A stretch of 64,000 nt of DNA, taken from assembly GCF_050920415.1 (NCBI RefSeq), contig NZ_CP169309.1; one strand, given 5' to 3'. Shown here in pieces: positions 10,353 through 22,014 of this stretch; position 1 is the first letter of the stretch, and each line of letters opens with the position of its first letter. The position numbers and the translations under genes are program-made. The notes beneath the pieces are model-generated. The model saw only the letters and a program-made list of their open reading frames with translations. It did not search any database and was not told where the DNA came from. This DNA comes from Escherichia coli. GTDB lineage: Bacteria > Pseudomonadota > Gammaproteobacteria > Enterobacterales > Enterobacteriaceae.

Positions 10353-11753
10353 TTAAGGCTGTACATGACGCTGACGCAGGTCGCTAGCAATGCGTGACAT
10401 CATAGGGTTATTGAGTTTGCAAAAGCGGATCGCCATCGCCAGCAGCAGGTGGAACAGCGCAGGCAGCAATGTTTCCATCGCTGCGATCCCGCCAAGCGAA
10501 CTGGCGGTCTGGTTTTCCACGCCTGGCTGGTAGGCGACAAAAATAAACAGCAGGCTGATGATCCCGGCGCTGGAGGCCCAGGCCAGCTTGATGAAAAACA
10601 GATTGAAGGCGAAGTTCATGCCGGAAGAACGTACGCGGGTTTTCCACTCGCCGTAGTCATCGGCAAAGGCCATCAATGAGAAGTGCAATGGCAATGTGAA
10701 GCCAAGAATCACGCCATTACCAAGGATCACCGCCAGCCACAGCGTTTGATAAGCCGGGCCAGAAGGCAGGAACCACATCAACACCGCCAGCGCGGCGAGG
10801 AGCAGGTTGGTGTAGTAGTAAATTTTGACGGTATCGAAACGTCGCGTTAACGGGCTGACAATCACCGAGCCGATAATGGAGGCGAAGGTGACCATAGTGA
10901 AGAACAGCGACGTGTAGCCCGTACTGCCTTGTAAGACGTAGGTAATGAAGTACATATACCCACCGCCGCGAATATTAAAGACGTTAATCAGCAGGAAAGA
11001 CATGACCAGCATCAGCAGCAGTTGGTCGTTGTTTCGCAGCCCGGCAAGATGTTCGCGCAGGGTAAATTTCCCCATTGTGGAGAGTGGCACCCGTTCACGA
11101 ACCCAGAAGAAACAGCACAGGAACATCACCACAGCGATGGCGCACAGCACGCCGACGCCCAGTTGATAGCCGCGCGCGGCATTACCCTGACCGAAGAGAT
11201 CCACCATCCACGGCAGGCCAACCGAAACCAGAAATCCCGCTACGCCGCAGAGAACGAATCGCCAGGACTGGCAGGAGATCACTTCATTGTGGCGGGTGGT
11301 CATGGTGTTGATCAGCGCGCAGTACGGCACGTTGATGGCGGTATAACCGACTGAAAGGAGCAGGTAAGTGCCGAACGCCCAGGCGATTTTTACTCCCATG
11401 CTGGCATCTGGCACGGTGAACGTCAGGATGCCGATAATGCCGATGGGAATGGCAATCCACAACTGCCACGGACGAAAGCGCCCCCAGCGACTTTGCGTCC
11501 GGTCGGCAATGACGCCCATCACCGGGTCGGAGATGGCATCAAACACGCGCAGTGCAATAAACAGCGTGCCGACCAGCGCCGGAGTTAAGCCAAAAACGTC
11601 GGTGTAGAAAAAGGTGAGAAAGTTCATGATCAGGCAAGTTATGACGGTGCCGCCAGCGTCACCCAGGCCGTAGCCTATTTTTTCCCGTACAGATAACGCG
11701 TCGTCAATTTTACCTTTAGCGATATCAGCGGTGGTAATCGGTGTAGAGGTCAT
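10353..11753 (-). CDS. Glycoside-pentoside-hexuronide (GPH) family cation symporter, MelB-like
   Basis: 466-aa polytopic membrane protein (about 12 TM) with GPH-type N-terminal motif (GYGLGD); RBS GAGGAA before ATG at 11753; stop lies 10 nt upstream of the GH127 start, so the two are co-oriented and probably co-transcribed. Confidence 0.8.
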   Translation of the reverse strand: MTSTPITTADIAKGKIDDALSVREKIGYGLGDAGGTVITCLIMNFLTFFYTDVFGLTPALVGTLFIALRVFDAISDPVMGVIADRTQSRWGRFRPWQLWIAIPIGIIGILTFTVPDASMGVKIAWAFGTYLLLSVGYTAINVPYCALINTMTTRHNEVISCQSWRFVLCGVAGFLVSVGLPWMVDLFGQGNAARGYQLGVGVLCAIAVVMFLCCFFWVRERVPLSTMGKFTLREHLAGLRNNDQLLLMLVMSFLLINVFNIRGGGYMYFITYVLQGSTGYTSLFFTMVTFASIIGSVIVSPLTRRFDTVKIYYYTNLLLAALAVLMWFLPSGPAYQTLWLAVILGNGVILGFTLPLHFSLMAFADDYGEWKTRVRSSGMNFAFNLFFIKLAWASSAGIISLLFIFVAYQPGVENQTASSLGGIAAMETLLPALFHLLLAMAIRFCKLNNPMMSRIASDLRQRHVQP

Positions 11754-11915
11754 AGATATTCCTCGCAAATAGAGAGCATTTTTTTGTTTTATTGCAATGA
11801 CCTGATTAATTTCGCCGTTATCTGGAATATCAACAAGGCGAGAAAAGAGTAAAAAAAGGTGACGATTCCGACCTGAATTTAAAAGTGTGAATTGGATCAG
11901 GTGAAATTAATGTTT

Positions 11916-11930
11916 TTGATTAATAATCAA
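11916..11930. promoter_or_regulatory. Perfect 15-bp palindrome TTGATTAATAATCAA in the divergent promoter region between the GPH transporter and the AraC-type regulator; candidate operator
   Basis: Exact inverted repeat seen in sequence; related half-sites (gattaat, ttaatcattaat) nearby. Confidence 0.3.
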
Positions 11931-11978
11931 AAGGTAATGTGTTTAATCATTAATGAATAAGCGGGAAATTACATATCA

Positions 11979-12794
11979 ATGCTCGAATTATCCATGACGT
12001 TACCGATTAAAGTGCAAAATGGTGGATTATTTATTTCCCGTGGCGTAGGGAGGCATCCGGCAAGGCGGCTGGAGTCATGGGAAATTATCTTTGTCGAAAA
12101 AGGTCGATTAGCGATTCAGGAAGAAGAGCGGATATTTCTGGTCGATGCGGGAGAGAGTTTATTACTCTGGCCGAACCGACAGCATGTTGGGGTAGAGGAT
12201 TTTCCCGCCGATCTCAAATTTTACTGGCTGCATTTTGAGGTTAAAGCGCCGGATAGCGACCCGCGCTGGCTCACTCATCTTAGTGTGCCGCAACAAACGA
12301 AGGTTGCCGATCCGCAGGCGCTGGTGGCCCTGTTTCGCCAGTTCTTAAGCGAACAGGAAAAGCATCAACGCACTCCGGCGCTGGAGTTTATTGTGCTGCT
12401 GATTTTGCAGCAACTCACCCGTGACGCGCGTCTTGATGAACAGGCCGATGCCGCAGGTACCACGCTTGCCTGGAAAGCGCAGAAACTGATCCGCACGCAA
12501 TATCATCGCCCGCTTTCCACTGCGCTTTTAGCCCGCGAGCTGTACTGCAATGCCGATTATCTTGGGCGCGTCTATCGGCGGGTGTTTCATCTGACGTTAA
12601 CAGAAGCAATCCACCGCCAGCGGGTGCGCGAAGCCGAAAAGCTGTTAATTAGCGAAGCGCGATCGCTCACGGAAGTGGCGGCGTTGTGCGGGTTTAATGA
12701 CGTTGGCTATTTCCGGCAGATTTTTCGCAAACACACCGGTTTAACGCCAGCTGCGTGGAAGCGACGTTACAGCAAGGAACATATCAATTCGTAG
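11979..12794 (+). CDS. AraC/XylS-family transcriptional regulator (N-terminal cupin-like sensing domain, C-terminal double HTH)
   Basis: 271-aa ORF; C-terminal region ...ELYCNADYLGRVYRRVFHLTLTEAIHRQRVREAEKLLISEARSLTEVAALCGFNDVGYFRQIFRKHTGLTPAAWKR is a typical AraC HTH; divergent from the transporter-GH127 pair. Confidence 0.8.
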   Translation: MLELSMTLPIKVQNGGLFISRGVGRHPARRLESWEIIFVEKGRLAIQEEERIFLVDAGESLLLWPNRQHVGVEDFPADLKFYWLHFEVKAPDSDPRWLTHLSVPQQTKVADPQALVALFRQFLSEQEKHQRTPALEFIVLLILQQLTRDARLDEQADAAGTTLAWKAQKLIRTQYHRPLSTALLARELYCNADYLGRVYRRVFHLTLTEAIHRQRVREAEKLLISEARSLTEVAALCGFNDVGYFRQIFRKHTGLTPAAWKRRYSKEHINS

Positions 12795-12825
12795 TGCCGG
12801 GGCAATGAAGCCCCGGCGTGAGAGA

Positions 12826-13521
12826 TTACTGCCCGTAATAGGCATTGGCCCCATGTTTACGCAGGTAGTGCTTATCCAGCAGTTCGTTTTGCATCGCAGG
12901 GAGCTGCGGCGCAAGCTGGCGCGAGAACAGGCCCATATAGGCGCACTCTTCCAGCACTACGGCATTATGCACCGCATCGGCGGCGTTTTTTCCCCAGGCG
13001 AACGGGCCGTGAGAATGCACCAGTACCGCCGGGATTTGTGCCGGACTCCTGCCGCGTTCTTCGAAAGTTTCAATGATCACTTCGCCGGTCTGATATTCAT
13101 ATTCGCCGTTAATCTCCTCTACGGTCATCTGTCGCGTGCAGGGGATGGCACCATAGAAATAATCGGCGTGCGTGGTGCCCCAGGCGGGGAGATCCAGCCC
13201 GGCCTGTGACCAGATGGTGGCGTGGCGCGAGTGGGTATGCACAATGCCACCGATTTCGGCATAGCGACGGTAAAGCGCCAGATGCGTTGGCGTATCGGAC
13301 GAGGGCTTTTTGCTACCTTCCACCACCTTGCCGCTGGCTATCTCAACCACCACCATATCGTCGGCGGTCATCACGTCGTACTCGACGCCGGAAGGCTTAA
13401 TTACCATCCATTGCCGCGTCTCGTCTACCGCACTGACATTGCCCCAGGTAAACGTCACCAGATGGTGAGCGGGAAGCGCCAGATTTGCCGCCAGTACGTC
13501 GGCTTTCAGTTGTTCTAACAT
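12826..13521 (-). CDS. sgbE: L-ribulose-5-phosphate 4-epimerase
   Basis: 231-aa class II aldolase/epimerase fold; last gene of the yiaK-S operon. Confidence 0.9.
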   Translation of the reverse strand: MLEQLKADVLAANLALPAHHLVTFTWGNVSAVDETRQWMVIKPSGVEYDVMTADDMVVVEIASGKVVEGSKKPSSDTPTHLALYRRYAEIGGIVHTHSRHATIWSQAGLDLPAWGTTHADYFYGAIPCTRQMTVEEINGEYEYQTGEVIIETFEERGRSPAQIPAVLVHSHGPFAWGKNAADAVHNAVVLEECAYMGLFSRQLAPQLPAMQNELLDKHYLRKHGANAYYGQ

Positions 13522-14375
13522 ATAAATCCAGCCTCCTGCATACGCGCTTCAATCCAGCGCCGTGCCTGAATAATCTCCAGCACCGGCTCTTTGGCTTTTT
13601 CGGTCCACATCTCAATCAGAAATGATCCGCGATAGTTCAGTTCATGCAGCGTTTTGAAGATACCAACGAAATCGACGCAGCCTTCGCCAAACGGCACGTC
13701 GCGGAACTGTCCGGGGCTATGCTCGGTCACTGGCTGGGTATCTTTCAGGTGGATGGCGGCGATACGGTCAATGCCCAGTTTCAGTTCAGCGGGAACATCA
13801 TTGCCCCAGGCGCTAAGGTTGCCGACGTCCGGGTAGACGGTGAACCACGGCGAGGCGAGCATCTCGTCCCACTTTTTCCATTTGCTGATGGAGTTCATAA
13901 ACGAGGTATCCATAATCTCCACCGCCAGCATTACTTGTGATGCCGCCGCCTGTTCGACAGCCCACGTCAGCCCTTCAGCAAAACGTTGCCGGGTACCTTC
14001 GTCATGGTCTTCGTAATAGACGTCGTAGCCCGCCAGTTGAATGGTGCGAATACCGAGATCGCGCGCCAGGCGAATCGCTTTGCTCATGATCTCCCGCGCC
14101 CGTTCGCGCACCGCCTCGTCCCGGCTGCCAAAAGGAAAACGGCGATGGGCAGACAGACACATTGACGGAATGGTAACACCCGTTTCGATCATCGCGGTGA
14201 CCAGCGAGGCACGTTGCGCGGCGCTCCAGTCAAGGCGTGACAGCCGTTCATCGGTTTCATCCACCGACATTTCGACAAAATCAAAGCCACAGCTTTTCGC
14301 CAGCACCAGCCGCTCGGGCCAGGAGAGATCTTTCGCCAGTGCTTTTTCATAAATCCCTAACGGATGATTACGCAC
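13515..14375 (-). CDS. sgbU: L-xylulose-5-phosphate 3-epimerase
   Basis: 286-aa product if the GTG at 14375 is the start (tool ORF extends to 14408); TIM-barrel sugar-phosphate epimerase; synteny. Confidence 0.85.
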   Translation of the reverse strand: MRNHPLGIYEKALAKDLSWPERLVLAKSCGFDFVEMSVDETDERLSRLDWSAAQRASLVTAMIETGVTIPSMCLSAHRRFPFGSRDEAVRERAREIMSKAIRLARDLGIRTIQLAGYDVYYEDHDEGTRQRFAEGLTWAVEQAAASQVMLAVEIMDTSFMNSISKWKKWDEMLASPWFTVYPDVGNLSAWGNDVPAELKLGIDRIAAIHLKDTQPVTEHSPGQFRDVPFGEGCVDFVGIFKTLHELNYRGSFLIEMWTEKAKEPVLEIIQARRWIEARMQEAGFIC

Positions 14376-15030
14376 GCGCGCCTCCCCAGATAGCGTCGAT
14401 TTGCGCATGGAAGTCGGCAGCTACCTGTGCCGGATTTGCTGCGCCTGCCAGCGCCCGCCCGGCAATAAACGCTTTCACGCGGATATCTTTAAACAGCGGC
14501 AGGTCAGCAGGCGTAATCCCGCCGGTAATGGAAAGCTCAAGGCCGATATCGGAAAGCGCCTTCATGCGTGCCAGATCGGCTTCGCCCCACTGTTGCCCGC
14601 TGGCTTGCGCGTCACGGCCACGATGATAAATGGCCTGCCGCACGCCAATACGATGCCAGTCGCGGGCGTCGTCCAGCGTCCAGTTACCAAAAAGCTCTAT
14701 CTGGATTTCACCACCGCAGCGTTGCGCCATTGCGTGGCCTTTTTCTACCGTCGCGAGCGGTGCAGCGCAGATGATGGTCATCCAGTTAGCGCCTGCGCCA
14801 AACGCCTGTTGCGCGAGCGTTTCACCAGCATCGGCGACCTTCCAGTCAGCAACGATGATTTTGTCCGGGCACTGTTCGCGCAAGGCTTTCACCGCGCCAA
14901 GCCCTTCGTTTAAACAGAGAATGGTGCCCGCTTCGACGATATCGACGCTGTCTTTTAACAGCGCAACGTCGCGCTGTGCGGCTTCAAGTGATGAGTGGTC
15001 GAGGGCCAGTTGCAGAAGTGGTCTGCTCAT
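14368..15030 (-). CDS. sgbH: 3-keto-L-gulonate-6-phosphate decarboxylase
   Basis: 220-aa OMP-decarboxylase-like protein; synteny. Confidence 0.9.
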   Translation of the reverse strand: MSRPLLQLALDHSSLEAAQRDVALLKDSVDIVEAGTILCLNEGLGAVKALREQCPDKIIVADWKVADAGETLAQQAFGAGANWMTIICAAPLATVEKGHAMAQRCGGEIQIELFGNWTLDDARDWHRIGVRQAIYHRGRDAQASGQQWGEADLARMKALSDIGLELSITGGITPADLPLFKDIRVKAFIAGRALAGAANPAQVAADFHAQIDAIWGGARA

Positions 15031-16523
15031 AATGTGTTCTCCTTAACGCGGGCATGAAAGCCCTGTAGTGCGGCAATGAGGTGCTGATAGCGTTGGTATT
15101 TTTGTTGGTAAAGCTGATGGGCGGTCATATCCGGTAACAGGGTGCGCACCGGGTGCTGTTGATCGCGCTGGGCTTCGCTGAAATCGCGATAAACACCGGT
15201 GCCGACGCGGGCTGCAAGCGCCGCGCCAAAACAGCCCGTTTCTTGCACCTGCGGCAGTTCGATACGCAGTCCGCTAACGTCCGCCAGCATTTGCATCCAG
15301 ACATCGGAGTGCGCCGGGCCGCCAGTGACGCGCAGGGTGTGCACATCAGTAAAACGTTCGCGCATCCGGTTGAGGTGGGTCATATGGCTGAACACCACGC
15401 CTTCATAAATGGCCTGCAACAGGTGTGCGCGGGTGTGAATGGCCTGCATCCCGTAGAAACCGCTGGTCATCTCGAGTCCGGCGTTGCTGCCGTACAGGAA
15501 CGGCAGGAAAAAGAGATCGCCACCGGCTTTCGGTAAGCTGGCAACAGCCTGGTTGATCTCTGCAAACGAGATTTCTCCCCACTGCGCGGTAAACCATTCG
15601 AGATTGCCGGAAGAGGTAGGGCTGGCTTCGTGAACGATAAATTCACCGTCGTTAACGTAGCGGCCATAGACATACGGATGCGCTTCACCGCCACCTAAAC
15701 CGCTGGTTATGCCGCTGGTCACCGCCCAGGTCCCCATCACCGCATTGAGGGTAAATTCGTCTTCGATTCCGGCGCAGAGTGCGGTAGAAACCACATCAAA
15801 CAGGCCGCCGACAACGGGCGTACCCGCTTTCAGACCGGTCAGTGCGGCTGTCTGAGCGGTGATTTCCCCGCAGATTTCGGCAGATCCAACAACAGGCGGC
15901 AGGGCGTGATTGATTTCACTGATCCCCAGCCAGTTGGTGAGGCACGGGTCATATTCCCCGCGACTCATGTTGTAGAGATTGGATTCGGAAATATTGCTCT
16001 CTTCGCAGCCTTTGACACCGGTTAAACACCAGCGCAGGTAGTCGTGCGTCATCATCACGCAGCCAATTTGCGCGTAGCGTTCTGGTTCGTGTTCTTTCAG
16101 CCAGCGTAACAGCGACACCGGATGCCCGGTCCACAAGGTTTGTCGGGTCAGCGGGTAGAGTTTTTCCGGGATGTTATCTTCCTGCCAGCGACGAACGATT
16201 TCCATCGCCCGGCGATCCGAGGACAAAATGGCGTTACCGAGCGGCTTGTCGTTTTTATCCAGCAAAAACAAGCCCTTTCCCTGTGCGGAGATACCGATGC
16301 CGACAATTTGCTCTCCGCTAACGCTGGAATGGGTAAGCAGGGCGCGAATGACAGCCATGCAGCATTGCCACAGTTCTTCTATATCGCGCTCTGCCCAGCC
16401 TGGCTGCGGGCTTAATGCGCACAGCGGCAGGCGCTGCACGCCTGCCTCCCAGCCTTCGCGGTCATACAGTCCGGCTTTTAGCCAGCTTCCGCCACAATCT
16501 AACCCCAGCCAGTATTGCGTCAT
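15027..16523 (-). CDS. lyxK: L-xylulose/3-keto-L-gulonate kinase
   Basis: 498-aa FGGY-family carbohydrate kinase; synteny. Confidence 0.9.
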   Translation of the reverse strand: MTQYWLGLDCGGSWLKAGLYDREGWEAGVQRLPLCALSPQPGWAERDIEELWQCCMAVIRALLTHSSVSGEQIVGIGISAQGKGLFLLDKNDKPLGNAILSSDRRAMEIVRRWQEDNIPEKLYPLTRQTLWTGHPVSLLRWLKEHEPERYAQIGCVMMTHDYLRWCLTGVKGCEESNISESNLYNMSRGEYDPCLTNWLGISEINHALPPVVGSAEICGEITAQTAALTGLKAGTPVVGGLFDVVSTALCAGIEDEFTLNAVMGTWAVTSGITSGLGGGEAHPYVYGRYVNDGEFIVHEASPTSSGNLEWFTAQWGEISFAEINQAVASLPKAGGDLFFLPFLYGSNAGLEMTSGFYGMQAIHTRAHLLQAIYEGVVFSHMTHLNRMRERFTDVHTLRVTGGPAHSDVWMQMLADVSGLRIELPQVQETGCFGAALAARVGTGVYRDFSEAQRDQQHPVRTLLPDMTAHQLYQQKYQRYQHLIAALQGFHARVKENTL

Positions 16524-16526
16524 GGC

Positions 16527-17513
16527 TTATTGCACCTCATCCACGGCTTTCAGCAGTTCATCGCCCTGCGGAACATCTTTTACAAACATGTCGCGGACCT
16601 GAGTACCCAGTACGTCGCTAAAGGCTTTGCGATCAAGTTCGGTGATGACTTCCACGCCAGCGTCTTTCATGCCGTCGATGATTTTTTGCTGATTTTCGGC
16701 GACCAATTTGCGCTGGTAATTACCCGCTTCTTGCGCAGATGAAATTAGCGCTTGCTGGAACTCCGGGCTTAAGCCATCAAACTTCGCTTTGTTGATCACC
16801 ACCAGAAGTGGGGAATAGGCATGGTGCGTCAGAGAAAGGTACTTCTGCACTTCATAAAATTTGGCTGACCAGACGACGTTGATCGGGTGTTCCTAAGCGT
16901 CGATAGTGCGCGTTTCCAGCCCGGTATAGACTTCGGCAAATGGCATCGGAATCGGGTTAGCGCCAAAGACTTTGAATGCGGCGATATTCATCGGGCTATT
17001 GTTGGTGCGTATTTTCAGCCCTTTCAGGTCGGCAGGTGTTTTAACTGGCTGGCGTGAGTTGGTGACATCGCGCCAGCCGTTTTCCCAGTAGGCCAGTACT
17101 TTCAGTCCCTTACCTTCAAGGGAGGCCTTCAGTTCATCGCCGACTTTGCCGTCGAGTGTTTTATGCGCGTGGGCGGTATCGCGGAACAGGAAAGGAACAT
17201 CAAGCAGGTTCATCACAGGTGATAATCCGGCAAAGTTATTCGAGCCAGACATCTCCATATCAATAGTGCCGCCACGCACGCCGCTGATCATCGCTTGTGC
17301 GTTGCCGAGAGTACTGTCCGGGAACAGTTTTAATTTCAGCTCGCCTTTGGTTCTCTCCTGTAATAATTCATTAAATTTTTTCGCTGCAATATGTTGTGAG
17401 TCGGTTTGTGAGGTTTCATAACCGAAACGTAATGATTGTGCCGCCAGCGAAGACGTACTGAATGCAGCGAGGCCAGCAATGAATAATGCGTAGGTTACAG
17501 AGCGTAATTTCAT
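16527..17513 (-). pseudogene. yiaO: TRAP transporter periplasmic solute-binding protein with an in-frame amber (TAG) stop at 16893-16895
   Basis: Two ORFs (206 aa and 107 aa) lie in the same frame, separated only by a TAG; translation across it reads ..RTIDA*EHPINVVWSAKFYEVQKY.., so a single nonsense substitution rather than a frameshift. Confidence 0.75.
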
Positions 17514-17525
17514 TATATTTTCCTT

Positions 17526-18803
17526 TTAATTAATCCATTTCAACGGGAGGATGATGAGATCGGGAATAAAAACAAATAAGGCTAATAAGGAATATAAAAC
17601 CAGGACGTAAGGGAAAACGCCTCTGACTGCATCATCGAATTTGAGTTTAGCCACCCCTGAAATAACGTTAAGCACATTACCGATAGGCGGTGTAATTAAG
17701 CCGATTGAGCAGTTGATGATAAACATGACTCCGAAGTAAATCGGATCGATTCCTGCCTCTTTAACTAAAGGCATTAATACCGGGGTAAGAATTAACACCG
17801 TCGGCGTTAAATCCATTACCATACCGACTATCAAAATCGCCACCATAATGACGATAAACAGCAGACGCGGTGAATCGACCAACGGTTGCAGTAAATCAGA
17901 AACCATCATCGGCAATTCAGCAATGGTAATCAGCCAGGCAGAAACTTGTGCCGAGGCCACCAGAAACATCACCACTGAGGTGGTTTTCGCCGCGCCAATG
18001 AGTACATGCCAAAGTGTAGCGAAGGTCATTTCACGGTAAATAACTGTGGCGACAAACAACGCATAGAAAGCAGCAACGGCCCCGGCTTCGGTAGGGGTAA
18101 ACAGACCGGAGCGAAAGCCGCCAATAATAATGACCGGAAGAAATAGCGCCCAGATACCGGAAACAAAAGATTGCCAGATTTCTCGTTTCGTTGCTTTTTG
18201 CTGACGGGGTAAATTAAGACGACTGGCCTGCCACCACCAGGTGAGCATCAGCGTTGCGCCCATCATAATGCCTGGGGCAATACCCGCCATAAACAACTTA
18301 CTGATGGATAATCCGCTGGAAACACCGAAGATAATAAACGGAATGGAAGGGGGAATAATTGGCGCGATAATGCCGCCAGAGGCAATCAGCCCCGCAGCCC
18401 GGTTGACCGGGTAGTTAGCGCTGCGCATCATCGGCACTAATAGCGCGGCAACGGCGGCGGTATCCGCAACAGCAGAACCGGAAAGGCTCGCCATAATCAT
18501 TGCCGCCAGCACGCCGACGTAGCCCAGCCCGCCTGGTTTATGCCCCACCAGTTTCATCGGCAGGTCAACAATGCGTTTTGATAAGCCGCCCGCATTCATG
18601 ATTTCACCCGCCAGTACAAAGAACGGAATCGCCAGCAGGGAGAAGCTGTCAGCACCGTTTACCAGCGTTTGCGCCATGATCTGGACATCAAACATATCCA
18701 GCCAGAACATAAGCGCCGCCCCGCACAACAGTAGCGACCAGGCAATAGGCAAACCGATGGCAATGCCACCCAACAGGCAGCCCAGAAAAATCAGCACAGC
18801 CAT
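17526..18803 (-). CDS. yiaN: TRAP transporter large permease subunit
   Basis: 425-aa polytopic membrane protein (DctM family); synteny. Confidence 0.9.
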   Translation of the reverse strand: MAVLIFLGCLLGGIAIGLPIAWSLLLCGAALMFWLDMFDVQIMAQTLVNGADSFSLLAIPFFVLAGEIMNAGGLSKRIVDLPMKLVGHKPGGLGYVGVLAAMIMASLSGSAVADTAAVAALLVPMMRSANYPVNRAAGLIASGGIIAPIIPPSIPFIIFGVSSGLSISKLFMAGIAPGIMMGATLMLTWWWQASRLNLPRQQKATKREIWQSFVSGIWALFLPVIIIGGFRSGLFTPTEAGAVAAFYALFVATVIYREMTFATLWHVLIGAAKTTSVVMFLVASAQVSAWLITIAELPMMVSDLLQPLVDSPRLLFIVIMVAILIVGMVMDLTPTVLILTPVLMPLVKEAGIDPIYFGVMFIINCSIGLITPPIGNVLNVISGVAKLKFDDAVRGVFPYVLVLYSLLALFVFIPDLIILPLKWIN

Positions 18804-18805
18804 GA

Positions 18806-19279
18806 TTAAGCTCCTTGCGGTGGCGGCGTTAGAGAATTGCTACGCGTGATGAGTTGATATAAAAGGCGCAGCTCAAAGAATGCGATAACGAGGCTGGTGG
18901 GCAGACAAGCGGCATACATCAGGCCGATGGGCAAGCCGAGGATCGGTGAATAATCGCTCCAGTCCTGAATTGTTTTTAGCGTTGCGCCCCAGGCCAGTGC
19001 GCCACAAATAAATAAGATTAAGGAGTGGGTAACCAGAGCGACTCGTCGCTGCCACGCGGGGGAGAGTTTCTCCACCAGAAAGGTAACCTGAACGTGGGCG
19101 TTATCCATAAAAGCCACAATCGCGCCAATAAAGGTTAACCAGACAAATAAATAGCGCGACAATTCATCTACAGATAAAATACTTGTCTGAAAACCATATC
19201 TTAAAATAATGTTTATAAACACAATACAGGAAAGTACGGCGAGATTAATCGCCAGTATTGCTTCAAGTATTTTTTTCAT
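18806..19279 (-). CDS. yiaM: TRAP transporter small permease subunit
   Basis: 157-aa, 4-TM DctQ-like protein; synteny. Confidence 0.85.
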   Translation of the reverse strand: MKKILEAILAINLAVLSCIVFINIILRYGFQTSILSVDELSRYLFVWLTFIGAIVAFMDNAHVQVTFLVEKLSPAWQRRVALVTHSLILFICGALAWGATLKTIQDWSDYSPILGLPIGLMYAACLPTSLVIAFFELRLLYQLITRSNSLTPPPQGA

Positions 19280-19386
19280 AGCTATTCCTTGAGGCTATGT
19301 TTGTCATAATTCAAGTTGCATGTGCAGCAACCTGAATTATTAATATAGTTAGAGCAATAACATTACCCAGGCGTTCTGGTGTTCGA

Positions 19387-19857
<471 letters not shown>

Positions 19858-19865
19858 TTATCTCC

Positions 19866-20864
19866 TTATAACGCCTGGATTTTTGCCCATACGCTGTCAT
19901 CAACGGTAATACCGTTACGGCGGTTTTCTGCCAGCAGGGTGGTAAATTCGTGGCCGGGTAAGCGAATGGCCTGGTTTTCATCGGCGCGTTCAGCGGTAGT
20001 AACATAATCCATGATGCGTTGCAGCTTGGCATCGCGGGTGGGGCCGTCGATCAATTTATCCACTTCGATGGCGATAAAGATTTGCGAAACACCGTATTCG
20101 TCGCTGTTATCCTGGGTGACTTCAGCAACTGACGCGCCGTCAGAAAGAAGAGTAGCGATCATATCCAATACGATCGACATACCGGAACCTTTCCAGTAAC
20201 CCATTGGCAAAATACGGCGATTTTTCTCGATTACACCAGGTTCTTTGGTGAGGTTGCCTTCATCGTCAAAGCCGCCATCGACCGGTAACTGACGGCCCGC
20301 CAGGCGGTTAACTTCTAACATGCCATAAGAGAACATCGACATCGACATATCGACCATAGTGATCGGCGTGGAAGGAATTGCGACGATCAGCGGGTTAGTG
20401 CCGATGCGACACTCTTTTGCGCCCCACGGCGGCATTACGGCGATGGAGTTGGTCCAGCAAATGCCAATATAGCCTTTTTCCGCCGCCTGCCAGCCGTAGC
20501 TGCCGCCGCGCATCCAGTGGTTGGCATTACGCAACGCCACCAGACCAATACCGTGATCGGCAGCCAGTTCAATGGCGCGATCCATCATCTTTTTCGCCGT
20601 CAGATTGCCGATTGAACGCTGGGCGTCCCACTGTTCAATTGCGCCGAGGCTGGTTATACGTTTGGGTTGGGCATCAGGAATGATATCGCCGTTTTCCAGT
20701 TGTTGAATGAAACGAGGGAAACGGTTGACGCCGTGAGAATAAACGCCGGATTCGGTGGTGCGGGCGAACATTTCGGCACAGGCATCAGCCGTTTCGCTGT
20801 CAACGCCGCGTGAAATTAAGACTCGATTAAAGGCTGCTTTTAACTGCTCAAATGTCACTTTCAA
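19866..20864 (-). CDS. yiaK: 2,3-diketo-L-gulonate reductase
   Basis: 332-aa Ldh_2-family oxidoreductase; first gene of the operon. Confidence 0.9.
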   Translation of the reverse strand: MKVTFEQLKAAFNRVLISRGVDSETADACAEMFARTTESGVYSHGVNRFPRFIQQLENGDIIPDAQPKRITSLGAIEQWDAQRSIGNLTAKKMMDRAIELAADHGIGLVALRNANHWMRGGSYGWQAAEKGYIGICWTNSIAVMPPWGAKECRIGTNPLIVAIPSTPITMVDMSMSMFSYGMLEVNRLAGRQLPVDGGFDDEGNLTKEPGVIEKNRRILPMGYWKGSGMSIVLDMIATLLSDGASVAEVTQDNSDEYGVSQIFIAIEVDKLIDGPTRDAKLQRIMDYVTTAERADENQAIRLPGHEFTTLLAENRRNGITVDDSVWAKIQAL

Positions 20865-21064
20865 CCCTGGCTTCCTTGTTTTTTTGATCGCTTTTTTGGT
20901 TTAAAATTTCAATATGCGAAATCTGATTTCAAATATATCGATCGCTTTTTAACAAAGCAATCTGATTGATGAATTTCAAAAAACTTAAAAATCAATCGGT
21001 TATAAATTATCTGTCGAGATCGTGAACTACGACACACTTTGCGCTACCATCAGGACGCGACAAA
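20865..21064. promoter_or_regulatory. Divergent yiaK / yiaJ promoter-operator region
   Basis: AT-rich intergenic region between divergent genes; by established knowledge the yiaK-S operon is repressed by YiaJ and activated by CRP; individual sites not mapped here. Confidence 0.4.
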
Positions 21065-21913
21065 ATGGGGAAAGAAGTGATGGGAAAAAAAGAGAACGAG
21101 ATGGCGCAGGAAAAAGAGCGTCCAGCCGGAAGCCAGAGTCTGTTTCGCGGGTTGATGCTGATTGAGATTTTGAGCAACTATCCAAATGGTTGCCCGCTGG
21201 CGCATCTCTCGGAGCTGGCAGGTTTAAATAAGAGTACCGTCCATCGCTTATTGCAGGGATTACAGTCCTGCGGCTATGTGACCACCGCGCCCGCCGCAGG
21301 GAGTTACCGCCTGACTACCAAATTTATTGCCGTCGGGCAGAAGGCGCTGTCTTCGCTGAATATCATTCATATCGCCGCTCCGCATCTTGAGGCACTGAAC
21401 ATCGCCACTGGTGAAACCATTAACTTCTCCAGCCGCGAAGACGATCACGCTATTTTGATTTATAAGCTGGAACCCACGACCGGGATGCTGCGAACCCGAG
21501 CTTATATAGGCCAGCATATGCCGCTCTACTGTTCCGCAATGGGCAAGATCTATATGGCGTTTGGTCACCCGGACTACGTGAAGTCATACTGGGAAAGCCA
21601 TCAGCATGAGATCCAGCCGTTAACCCGCAATACCATTACCGAGCTGCCCGCGATGTTCGACGAACTGGCGCACATTCGTGAAAGCGGAGCGGCGATGGAC
21701 AGAGAAGAAAACGAACTCGGCGTCTCCTGTATTGCTGTTCCGGTGTTTGATATTCATGGGCGGGTGCCGTACGCCGTGTCGATTTCTCTTTCGACATCAC
21801 GTCTGAAACAGGTGGGGGAGAAAAATCTCCTGAAACCACTGCGTGAAACCGCGCAGGCTATTTCTAATGAACTGGGATTTACTGTCAGGGACGACCAGGG
21901 CGCGATCACATAA
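21065..21913 (+). CDS. yiaJ: IclR-family transcriptional repressor of the yiaK-S operon
   Basis: 282-aa ORF with N-terminal HTH (LSELAGLNKSTVHRLL) and IclR effector domain; divergent from yiaK. Confidence 0.85.
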   Translation: MGKEVMGKKENEMAQEKERPAGSQSLFRGLMLIEILSNYPNGCPLAHLSELAGLNKSTVHRLLQGLQSCGYVTTAPAAGSYRLTTKFIAVGQKALSSLNIIHIAAPHLEALNIATGETINFSSREDDHAILIYKLEPTTGMLRTRAYIGQHMPLYCSAMGKIYMAFGHPDYVKSYWESHQHEIQPLTRNTITELPAMFDELAHIRESGAAMDREENELGVSCIAVPVFDIHGRVPYAVSISLSTSRLKQVGEKNLLKPLRETAQAISNELGFTVRDDQGAIT

Positions 21914-22014
21914 CGCTCTGGACAAGTGCCAAAACTTTAACATTTCCTTCGTTGGATCAAAGCAGTAGAGACGCGCTCTCTGGCACTCTGCTGTTTTAGT
22001 GCAAAGGAGTGATC

